This document shows, in pieces, positions 6,101 to 12,783 of a stretch of DNA of 15,213 nt. The notes below the pieces were generated by a model. It was given only the letters and a program-made list of their open reading frames with translations, searched no databases and was not told the DNA's origin. Every line of letters begins with the position of its first letter. Position 1 is the first letter of the stretch. The position numbers were made by a program, and so were the translations under genes. Source of the DNA: Candidatus Fraserbacteria bacterium (GTDB lineage Bacteria; Bipolaricaulota; Bipolaricaulia; RBG-16-55-9; JANLFV01); assembly GCA_037446135.1 (NCBI GenBank), contig JBBIJD010000041.1, positions 1 to 15,213 of the forward strand, written 5' to 3'.

Positions 6101-8117
6101 TCTTGTTGCCATCGATTGTCGAATCGGAGATCGCCAGCTTCGACTGGCTCGCCAAGATCCCTTCTCCCTGGTTGGTGAGGACAAAAGAGGAGGTGATCGT
6201 GGCCGAGCTATTCTCCAGGAGCAGCCCATTCTGGGGATGGTCGGCGACCACGGTCGTATCGATCTTGGCTGAGGAGGCTTTCTCGTGGACCCCATTGATC
6301 CCATTGGCCTTGATCTCGCACCCCTGGGCCTCGAGGGCACTATTCTCGAGCAAGATCCCGTTCTTCCCGTTATTCAGGATGTGGCTCTCCTTGAGGAAGG
6401 CCGCGGCCTGGGAGACCCCGTGGAGCCCCTCGCCTTGGTTCTCCTTGATCGTCGAGGTCGAGATCGTCGCGGTCGAGCTGTCGAGGTAGACCCCGTCATC
6501 AGGGTGGCCGGAGACGGTGCTCCCGGTCATCGTCGCGTTCGAGTGGTTGACCTCGTAGAGGCCGTGGACCCCGTTATTTTGGAGCTGGGAGTCGGTGATC
6601 GTGGCCGAGGAGCCGTCCAAGGAGATCCCGTTCAGCTTGTTCCCAGAGAAGGTTGAGCCGCTCACCACCAGCTCGGAGCCGGCGGTGGCATGGGCCCCGT
6701 TCCGGCCGTTATCCTTGACCTCGCTCGTGCTCACCGTGGCCTTAGAGTTGCTGAGCAAGATCCCTTCCTCAGCATTCTCAGCGATGGTGCAGGAGGTGAT
6801 CGCCCCCTGGGCTTGATTGGTCTCACTGAGCCCATTGGCCCTGTTGCTCAGGATCTGGGAGGCACTGATGGTAGCGATTGAACCATCGAGGAGGACGCCA
6901 TTAGTTCCGTTGCCTGAGATGATGGAGTTCCCGCCCACAGTGACTTGGGAGCCAGCGGTCGCCTTGATCCCGTTCTGGCCATTCTCCTTGATCTGGCTGG
7001 CCTGGAGCTCAAGGCTGGAGTTGCTCAGGATGATCCCTTCGGCAACATTGCTGGCAATGATGCTATTGGTGACCTTCGCTTGGGAGCCATTCACCTCGCT
7101 CAGGCCACTGGCCTTGTTGGCCGAGATCTGGGAGTCGCTCACCTCAGCTTGGGAGTTGTCGAGGGCCAGCCCATCGACGGCATTCCCGGAGATCGTCGAA
7201 CCAGCGGCCACGATCACCTTCGAGCCGGCCGCAGCGTAGACCCCGTGGGAGCCGTTCTCCTGGACCTGACTTGAGCGGAGCTCGATCGAGCTGTTGGAGA
7301 GGCTCGCTCCGGCCTGGGCCTGGGTGGCGATCGTCGAGTCGCTCACCGTGGCGCTGGCGGAGTCGAGGGCCAGCCCATCCCCGCCGTTCCCGGAGATGGT
7401 GTTCTCCGCCAGAGCTACTTGAGAGGAGCCAGTCGCATAGATCCCATTGCTCGCATTCCCGGAGAATTCGCTCCCCTCGGCCTGGGCGGAAGAGCCCGCG
7501 AGGGCCAGTCCATCCCCACTGTTTCCGGAGATCGCGCTCCTCTCCAGAATGAGCTGCGAGGAGCTAGAGGCCACGATCCCGCCCCCTTGGTTCCCCGAGG
7601 AGACGACCTTAGTGAGGGTGACCTCCGTGCTCTCGCGGGCCTCCAATCCCGGCCCGGAGTTCCCCTCGAGCCGATCTTCGGTCAGGACGATCTTGCTGCT
7701 CCCAGTGAGGGCGATCCCCGCTGCCCCGCCGGTGATGGTCAATCCTTTGATGGTGATCTCCGAGGAGTTGGTGATGGTGAAGGTCGGCTTCGCCGGGTCC
7801 TTGGCCTTGACGACGGCCCGCACCCCCTGCTCGATGGTGATCGTCAACTGCTTCAGGGAGTCGATCACCACATTCTCCACATAGGTCTTTGACTGGACGA
7901 TCGTGATGATATCCCTCGGTTTAGACCGGTCCACGGCCATCTGGATCGTCCGGCAGACCGTGGGGACCTTCTTGTTCGGATTCGCTCTCGTGCATTCCTG
8001 TTCCTCCTCCGGCCCGCCCGGTGGTTGAGCACTGACGAGCGTAACGACCCCTTGGCTCAAGAGGAGCCCGAAAACCAAGAGCGCCGCAACTACCCGTAAT
8101 CTCCCGGATTCTCTCAC
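3114..8117 (-). CDS. Giant secreted right-handed parallel beta-helix repeat protein (1667 aa)
   Basis: GTG start with GAGGAGG RBS; signal peptide ending VSA-Q; pectin-lyase-like N-cap CRTIQMAVD...DIITI; then continuous 22-23-aa repeats IxxNxxxGLxLxxSxAxLxxSx to the C-terminus. Confidence 0.9.
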   Translation of the reverse strand: MRESGRLRVVAALLVFGLLLSQGVVTLVSAQPPGGPEEEQECTRANPNKKVPTVCRTIQMAVDRSKPRDIITIVQSKTYVENVVIDSLKQLTITIEQGVRAVVKAKDPAKPTFTITNSSEITIKGLTITGGAAGIALTGSSKIVLTEDRLEGNSGPGLEARESTEVTLTKVVSSGNQGGGIVASSSSQLILERSAISGNSGDGLALAGSSAQAEGSEFSGNASNGIYATGSSQVALAENTISGNGGDGLALDSASATVSDSTIATQAQAGASLSNSSIELRSSQVQENGSHGVYAAAGSKVIVAAGSTISGNAVDGLALDNSQAEVSDSQISANKASGLSEVNGSQAKVTNSIIASNVAEGIILSNSSLELQASQIKENGQNGIKATAGSQVTVGGNSIISGNGTNGVLLDGSIATISASQILSNRANGLSETNQAQGAITSCTIAENAEEGILLSNSKATVSTSEVKDNGRNGAHATAGSELVVSGSTFSGNKLNGISLDGSSATITDSQLQNNGVHGLYEVNHSNATMTGSTVSGHPDDGVYLDSSTATISTSTIKENQGEGLHGVSQAAAFLKESHILNNGKNGILLENSALEAQGCEIKANGINGVHEKASSAKIDTTVVADHPQNGLLLENSSATITSSFVLTNQGEGILASQSKLAISDSTIDGNKKNGLLMTNSTADITGSKVTNNGIRGIDARQNSSLTMTTSLVSGHPSDGISLQNSSADILKSEIKDNQGRGLGAEVSTVVMEACLVSGNASHGLDLLNSTADLTSTKILNNRGRGLNSQDSTASLVECTISGQPLEGVVLVNSAAGFEATAIDSNGSFGLLAQNAVAAFSGGSVSNNGQDGFSLTKASIDAKDLKVEGNHGHGLKAEASKAALRNSTVSRNTGDGLWLKFSQASAEKCQITDNGSYGIEAQERSRATLSGSEILGHPQDGLKLTDSTADLRASKVQNNRGEGLSAQNSVVKLLDGSEILGHPNNGLLLSNSSAELRGSMVTSNNKNGVLATSSIIVAVGSRIENHQQDGLNLTDSKADLETSQVTANRARGIYATANSEAKLTNSTVSGNGQEGVLLQGSSLEAKGSKIERNGASGVSGTDSKIALTESTILGHPQDGLFLSGSTAELQKSEIIDNRGHGLNAIAGSTATLADSTVSGNGQEGLLLADSAADLSGTKVQANGATGIRAASSVLNLSKGSEVLGHPNEGIALEKSSAKIRDSTISKNRGHGLLASGSKGTLEGSTIADNGGNGLELEGSSLTVATCLIRGNSGSALVARDRSRVTLIGSKISAHPKDAIVLDTSSVDLEDSEVRENSARGIVAKNGTLTLAGSLITGHGGVGLELEDSKADMKSSQVKGNRGQGLLARRSTLAVSDSAVSDHPAEGILLEESSLDLVGSFITNSAGAGIVAHDSQATISGSTLSGNKSFGLDLVNSSAVVMANSEIKGNGAIAVNTINSTLTVLDSSILDHPATGLLLKGSPASLTTAKISGNAGWGIEAKERSAVMITDSLISENRLGGLSLVSAVAALLGGEVSSNLADGLTLSERSAVMLIGTAVKENQGNGLALSASSASVRGATISGNSGHGLILTTQSVLSLYQATVSGNKRDGIHLEGSLASLRISQITNNSGYGIFADATSTVAGYGNTVSGNGTDLSENVPVSVTQER

Positions 8118-8144
8118 CGCGGATCCCTCCTCTCGCTAAAGACA

Positions 8145-8153
8145 ATCCTAGCA
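8145..8153 (-). promoter_or_regulatory. Candidate extended -10 promoter for the beta-helix gene
   Basis: Minus strand TGC-TAGGAT (8153-8145) after a T-run and upstream of the RBS. No recognisable -35. Confidence 0.4.
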
Positions 8154-8192
8154 AAAAATTCGACCCCGAGACCAGCCCGCTCTCGGCTCAGC

Positions 8193-8993
8193 TCAGACCG
8201 ACTTGAGCCCGCTGAGGATCATATTCACCGCGCTGTAGAGCAGGACGAGGCCGAAGAGCTGGCGGAGCCTGACTTTGGGCATCCTCGTGGAGATGAGGGG
8301 CCCGAGCTGGGCCCCGAGGGTGATCCCTAGGATCAAGGGCAAGGCCAGCTCTAAGTGGACATTCCCCTGGAGGAAGTGCTGGAGCGAGCCGATGAGGGAA
8401 GAGGGCCCCATGACGAAGAGGCTCGTCGCCACGGCCTGGACGATGTCCAAGCCCAAGAAGAGGGCCATCGCCGGGACCATCACGATCCCCCCGCCGATCC
8501 CGAAGAAACCCGAGGCCAGCCCGGCCCCCAGGCCCAAAAGGGCGGCCTCGAGGGGATGATAATTCCCCGAAGCTGAAGCCTGGCTCCGGGCCCGACTCCT
8601 TCTAAATAGCAACGCGATCTCCCGCGGCTGCTTCCCCCGGAGCATCATCCCCGCGGGGTAGAGCATGAAGATCCCGAAGGCGATCGCGAGCCACCCCGAG
8701 GAGATGAACCTCGTAAGATAAGCGCCGAGCCAGGCCCCAAGGACTGCCCCGGGCATCACCGCCAGCCCGAGCTTGAGGTCCAGGACCTTCTGCCGCCGGT
8801 AGGCGAGCGAGCTGGAGATCGAAGTGAAGATGATCGCCGCCAGGCTCGTCCCGACCGCCTCCTGGGTCGTCCCCACCAGATGGGCAAGCGAGAGCAAGGG
8901 GACCATGAAGATCCCCCCACCGACGCCGATCATGCTCGCGATCAGGCCGATGAAGACCGCTGCGCCGCCGAGGCCGATCAGAATGAGCGTCAA
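8193..8993 (-). CDS. Sulfite exporter TauE/SafE family membrane protein
   Basis: Two homologous halves with GVGGGIFMVP...AVGTSL and GIGGGIVMVP...AVATSL; about 8 hydrophobic segments; TTG start 1 nt after the prfB stop. Confidence 0.9.
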   Translation of the reverse strand: MTLILIGLGGAAVFIGLIASMIGVGGGIFMVPLLSLAHLVGTTQEAVGTSLAAIIFTSISSSLAYRRQKVLDLKLGLAVMPGAVLGAWLGAYLTRFISSGWLAIAFGIFMLYPAGMMLRGKQPREIALLFRRSRARSQASASGNYHPLEAALLGLGAGLASGFFGIGGGIVMVPAMALFLGLDIVQAVATSLFVMGPSSLIGSLQHFLQGNVHLELALPLILGITLGAQLGPLISTRMPKVRLRQLFGLVLLYSAVNMILSGLKSV

Positions 8994-8994
8994 G

Positions 8995-10081
8995 TTAAGA
9001 CCCTACCCCGCTCTGGCCACTGTGGAGGTAGCCCTCGATGAACTGGTCCAGTTCGCCGTCGAGAACCGCCTCGACATTACTGGTCTCGACCTCGGTCCGA
9101 TGGTCCTTCACCAGCTTATAAGGATGGAGGACATAGCTTCTGATCTGGCTCCCCCACTCGATCTGCTTCAGCTCGCCCTGGAGGGCGCGGAGCTCCTCCT
9201 CGCGTTGGCGCCTCAAGAGCTCATAGAGTCGGGCCTTGAGGACCTTGAGGGCCGTCTCCTTGTTCTGATGCTGGGAGCGCTCGTTCTGGCACTGGACGGT
9301 GATCCCCGTGGGGAGATGGGTGATCCTCACCGCGGAGTCGGTGACATTGACATGCTGGCCCCCGGCGGAAGAGGCCCGATAGGTCTCGATCCTTAGGTCC
9401 TTCTCGTCCAATTCGAGCGCCGGATCCTCGACCTGGGGGATCACATTGACCGAGGCGAATGAGGTATGCCGGCGATGGGCCGCATCGAATGGGGAGATCC
9501 GCACGAGCCGGTGGACTCCTCTCTCCCCCTTGAGGTAGCCGTAGGCATACTCGCCGCGGACATCGACGGTCGCGGACTTGATCCCCGCCTCCTCTCCGGG
9601 GCTGACCTCCAGGAGTTGGTAGCGATAGCCTCGCCGCTCGAGGAACCTGAGATACATCCGGAGGAGCATCTCTGCCCAGTCCTGGGCGTCGGTCCCCCCA
9701 GCGCCGGCGTTGATCGAGAGGTAGCAGTCGTTCCGGTCGAACTCCCCACGGAGGAAGAGCCGGAGCTCAAGCTCCTCAAGCCGCCTCCCCAGCCCCTCGG
9801 CCCGAAGGGCGACCTCCCCGAGCTCGCGCTCATTCCCCTCCTCTTCAGCCAATTCCTGGAGGACTTCCAGCTCTTCAAGCTCCTCCATCAAGGCCCGATA
9901 GCTCTGGAGGAGGGCCCGTTGTTGCTCCAATCGCTGCGAGACCTCCTTAGCTCTGGCTCGGTCCTCCCAGAAGCTTGGGGTAGCTACCTCCTGCTCCAAT
10001 CGGGCGAGCTCGGCCTTCAATCGCTCCAGGTCAAAGGCGCTCACCGAGCCGCTCTAGCCTCGTCCGCAATTGCTGTAACAT
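8995..10081 (-). CDS. prfB: Peptide chain release factor 2, with programmed +1 frameshift (join 10081..10034, 10032..8995; 361 aa)
   Basis: Motifs GAGGTDAQDWAEML, GVHRLVRISPFD (SPF), GGQHVN and WGSQIRSY. An upstream 0-frame ORF MLQQLRTRLERLGERL ends at CTT TGA C and the +1 frame continues DLERLKAE. The ATG at 10081 has a purine-rich RBS. Confidence 0.96.
10030..10045 (-). promoter_or_regulatory. RF2 +1 ribosomal frameshift cassette
   Basis: Minus strand GGTGAG CGC CTT TGA C: SD-like element, 3 nt, slippery CTT (10036-10034), in-frame TGA (10033-10031). Confidence 0.92.
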
Positions 10082-10101
10082 CCCTTCCTCGCCTCCTCAG
10101 G

Positions 10102-10131
10102 TTGCTCCAGCGGTCGGTGAGAGTTTAGAAT
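10102..10131 (+). promoter_or_regulatory. Candidate sigma70-type promoter for rsmI
   Basis: TTGCTC (10102-10107), 18 nt, TAGAAT (10126-10131). Confidence 0.5.
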
Positions 10132-10150
10132 CTTTCCGCGAGGAGGTCAA
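10122..10150 (-). promoter_or_regulatory. sigma70-type promoter for prfB-tauE
   Basis: Minus strand TTGACC (10150-10145), 17 nt, TAAACT (10127-10122). Confidence 0.65.
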
Positions 10151-10164
10151 ACACTCGATCGAGC

Positions 10165-10887
10165 ATGAGCGGCCGGCTCTACATCTGCCCGACTCCGATC
10201 GGGAACTTAGAGGACATCACTCTAAGGGCGATCCGGACCTTAAGGGAGGCCGACCTGATCGTGGCTGAGGACACCCGGCGGAGCCGGATCCTCCTTCAGC
10301 GCTACAATATCAAGACCCCGCTAGCCAAGCGGAGCTACTATCGGGAGGTCGAGCGCGCAAGGGTCGAGGAGCTCCTCGCGCTCCTGGAAGAGGGGAGGGA
10401 TATCGCCCTCATCTCGGATGCCGGGACACCGCTGATCGCCGACCCCGGCTACCCTCTAGTGAGGGAGGCACTGGCCCGCGGCCTCCAGGTGGTCGCCCTC
10501 CCCGGCCCGACGGCCCTGATCCCGGCCTTGATCCTCTCCGGCTTCCCGCCATACCCTTTCATCTTCGACGGCGGCCCACCGCGGAAGGCCAAGCAGCGAC
10601 TTGAATACTTCCAGGGGCTCCGCGCAGAGCGCCGGACGGTCGTGCTGTATGAGTCACCCCACCGGGTCCTTAAGACTTTGGAGACCATGGCCGAGGTCCT
10701 CCCCGACCGGGAGGTGGCCCTCTGCCGTGAGCTGACCAAGCTCCATGAGGAGGTCCTCCGCGGGCGGCCGGGGGAATTACTCGAGAGGCTGAGCCAGCGG
10801 GGCGAGCTCAAGGGCGAGCTGGTCCTGGTGATAAGAGGAGCTGAAGCTCCTCAGGCGTGCTTGTCGGCCACCGAGGAGGCGGCGTAG
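10165..10887 (+). CDS. rsmI: 16S rRNA (cytidine1402-2'-O)-methyltransferase RsmI
   Basis: Motifs LYICPTPIGNLEDITLRA, AEDTR, ALISDAGTP.IADPG, YESPHR and RELTKLHEE; 240 aa. Confidence 0.96.
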   Translation: MSGRLYICPTPIGNLEDITLRAIRTLREADLIVAEDTRRSRILLQRYNIKTPLAKRSYYREVERARVEELLALLEEGRDIALISDAGTPLIADPGYPLVREALARGLQVVALPGPTALIPALILSGFPPYPFIFDGGPPRKAKQRLEYFQGLRAERRTVVLYESPHRVLKTLETMAEVLPDREVALCRELTKLHEEVLRGRPGELLERLSQRGELKGELVLVIRGAEAPQACLSATEEAA

Positions 10888-11369
10888 GCCTCGGGCTTGG
10901 TCTTGACGGCGAACCCGCTCCCACGGATGTAGCCCACCACCTCGTCGATCAGCTCCCGCGTGCGGCCGTGCTCGCCCACATCGATGTGGATCTCCAGGTT
11001 ATATTCGAGCGAGGTCTGAGCCGCCAGCTCCCGGAGGAGGCGCCTGGCCAGCTCGAATGAGAGCGAGGCCTCCTTGTAGATCTTCTGCCGGAGGGTGTAG
11101 ATGTTCTCCTCTTGGACGCGGCGCCAGAAATACCGCCCACCCTTTCCGACCCGATGGATGATGACCGCCGTGACGAACTCCATCGGTGGGGCCTTCTTCG
11201 CCCGGTGGCGGTTGAATTCCTCCGCGACGGGGGTGTCATGGCAATCGGTCCCGACGACGATCTCATAATGCCCCTGGGGCTCGTGGTTCATCAGCTCGAC
11301 GATCTCTGTCAAGACCTCCTCGAAGCTCAGTTCCCCTTCTGTGGGGCTATAGAATATCGAATCTTCCAT
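10851..11369 (-). CDS. Ribonuclease H-like YkuK (DUF458) family protein
   Basis: Motifs IVVGTD, FVTAVIIHRVGKGGRYF, LEIHIDVG and KPEAYAASSVADKH. Start set at ATG 11369 (MEDSIFYSPTEG), downstream of the promoter; the ORF-track start at 11417 lies in the -35 box. Confidence 0.88.
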   Translation of the reverse strand: MEDSIFYSPTEGELSFEEVLTEIVELMNHEPQGHYEIVVGTDCHDTPVAEEFNRHRAKKAPPMEFVTAVIIHRVGKGGRYFWRRVQEENIYTLRQKIYKEASLSFELARRLLRELAAQTSLEYNLEIHIDVGEHGRTRELIDEVVGYIRGSGFAVKTKPEAYAASSVADKHA

Positions 11370-11388
11370 CGCTGACCATCTCAAGGCC

Positions 11389-11417
11389 ATTATACGCCCC
11401 GGAGAGAGTAGAGACAA
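11389..11417 (-). promoter_or_regulatory. Near-consensus sigma70 promoter for the YkuK-like gene
   Basis: Minus strand TTGTCT (11417-11412), 17 nt, TATAAT (11394-11389). Confidence 0.75.
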
Positions 11418-11418
11418 G

Positions 11419-11427
11419 TGGTATAAT
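11419..11427 (+). promoter_or_regulatory. Extended -10 promoter facing the small lipoprotein ORF
   Basis: TG-G-TATAAT (11419-11427), a perfect TGnTATAAT. Confidence 0.65.
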
Positions 11428-11435
11428 CGAGCAGG

Positions 11436-11663
11436 GTGATGACGATGCGGCGGATTATGTTAGGGAGCCTCTTGACTCTGACAGCCCTCTTCCTGATAGG
11501 CTGTAGTGATTTCATCCTCTCATCGATCAGTGCCGGACTTGATGAATTGATTGCACTAACATTAGCGCGGCCCTTTCGGCGCGGTTGGGGAAATAGTGAT
11601 CCTGCGCTCGAGCTCCGAGAGGATCTCGAGCTTGACCTCGAGGCAGCTCGGCGGGATGATTGA
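11436..11663 (+). CDS. Putative small lipoprotein or lipoprotein gene remnant (72-75 aa)
   Basis: MRRIMLGSLLTLTALFLIG-C is a type II signal peptide with lipobox LIGC, directly after an extended -10. Possible starts are 11436, 11439 and 11445. The last 102 nt overlap tsaE on the opposite strand. Confidence 0.5.
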   Translation: MMTMRRIMLGSLLTLTALFLIGCSDFILSSISAGLDELIALTLARPFRRGWGNSDPALELREDLELDLEAARRDD

Positions 11664-12011
11664 AAGGACCCGGTCGGCCCACTCGATGACCGTGATCCCG
11701 TCTGAAAGAAGGTATTCCTCTAGACCGATCTCCCGGAGCTCGTCCGCATCGGTGATCCGGTAGGCATCGACATGGAAGAGCGGGAGCCGCCCTTGGCGGT
11801 ATTCCCTGATCAAAACGAAGGTTGGTGAGAGGACCTCATCTTCCGCTATCCCTAAGCCGCGGGCTAGGCCCTTGATCAGGGTCGTCTTCCCCGCCCCGAG
11901 CTCCCCGACCAGGGCCAAGCAGGCCCCCGGCTTAAGCTCCTGGGCCAGCCGCTCGCCCAGCGCCACGGTCTCCTCTGGGCTTCTGGTGATGATTACCCGA
12001 GGCTCCATCAC
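11562..12011 (-). CDS. tsaE: tRNA threonylcarbamoyladenosine biosynthesis ATPase TsaE
   Basis: Motifs GELGAGKTT, SPTFVLIREY, HVDAYR and IEWAD. The start is either GTG 12011 or ATG 12008, both overlapping the upstream TGA. Confidence 0.96.
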   Translation of the reverse strand: MMEPRVIITRSPEETVALGERLAQELKPGACLALVGELGAGKTTLIKGLARGLGIAEDEVLSPTFVLIREYRQGRLPLFHVDAYRITDADELREIGLEEYLLSDGITVIEWADRVLSIIPPSCLEVKLEILSELERRITISPTAPKGPR

Positions 12012-12775
12012 TCGAACTCGAGCTGGAAGCGGTCCAGGTCCCGGGCCAGGGCCACCTTCCCCTGGAAGCCCGCCTCCCTCAAGCTCTCGACCAGCTCGGC
12101 CCCTTGGATGATGGCCGGAGGATAGAGGTGGACCAGGACGAGGGTCTCGATCCCTCGACCGGCCAAGACCTCCCCCAAGGCCCGGGGGTTCGAGTGGCCG
12201 GGGACAGTGAACCCCTCAGGGAAGGAGCATTCATGGATCACCAGCCGACAGCCATCAGCGAACTCTCCCATCTTCGGGAAAGGCTCCGTATCCCCACTGA
12301 TGACTACCCTCCCAGCGAACTTATAGGCCAGGTTCGGGATATGATGGACCGCCCGGAGGGCCGTCACCTCGAGGCCTCCGACTTCAAGCTCATCTCCCTC
12401 AGCCAGCTCGACCACCTTAATCTTCAGCACCTCCTTCAGGTAGGGATAGAGCTCAAGAAGGGCGTCCAAGAGGGCCGCCGTCCCCTCAGGGCCGTAGAGG
12501 TTCGTCTCCCTTCGGCCCAGGAGCCAACGGGCCTTGAGGAGCGGGAGGAGGTCGGCCATATGGTCGAGGTGGTGATGGGTGAGGAAGATGTCGTTTATGG
12601 CCTGAGGGGCGAGCTCGAGCTCGGCCTCGAGCTGCCCGAGCCGCCGGAGGACCCCGCTCCCGCAGTCGACCAGCACCGGCTCATCCCCGAAGAGGAGGAG
12701 GAACCCGCTCTGAGCCCGGTCATCGTAGGGTATCGGGCTCCCCGAGCCGAGGATGATCGTCGTTAAAGCTGGCAT
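12008..12775 (-). CDS. MBL-fold metallo-hydrolase, RNase Z/BN-like subgroup
   Basis: Motifs ILGSGS, LVDCGSG, FLTHHHLDH (HxHxDH), SGDTE, IHECSF, HSNP and LVHLYP. Confidence 0.88.
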   Translation of the reverse strand: MPALTTIILGSGSPIPYDDRAQSGFLLLFGDEPVLVDCGSGVLRRLGQLEAELELAPQAINDIFLTHHHLDHMADLLPLLKARWLLGRRETNLYGPEGTAALLDALLELYPYLKEVLKIKVVELAEGDELEVGGLEVTALRAVHHIPNLAYKFAGRVVISGDTEPFPKMGEFADGCRLVIHECSFPEGFTVPGHSNPRALGEVLAGRGIETLVLVHLYPPAIIQGAELVESLREAGFQGKVALARDLDRFQLEFE

Positions 12776-12783
12776 CTCCAGCC

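Noticed and set aside
3282..7892. Many long plus-strand ORFs (e.g. 4063..4959, 5575..6489) antisense to the beta-helix gene
   Set aside because: They are shadows of the sense-strand codon usage in GC-rich repetitive DNA. They mirror its periodicity and show no RBS or family motifs.
8166..8186. Hairpin ccgaga/tctcgg after tauE as an intrinsic terminator
   Set aside because: The stem is only 6 bp with a 9-nt loop, and the T-run is about 7 nt away from it. That is too weak to call.
10031..10044. prfB as a pseudogene, or as starting at GTG 10044
   Set aside because: The break is the canonical CTT-TGA-C frameshift site, and there is a proper upstream ATG, RBS and promoter.
8824..10128. Plus-strand ORFs 8824..9396 and 9466..10128
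   Set aside because: They are antisense to prfB/tauE with no recognisable motifs.
12104..12766. 220-aa plus-strand ORF, and similarly 1394..2143 on the minus strand
   Set aside because: Each is fully antisense to a well-supported gene, with no motifs or expression signals.
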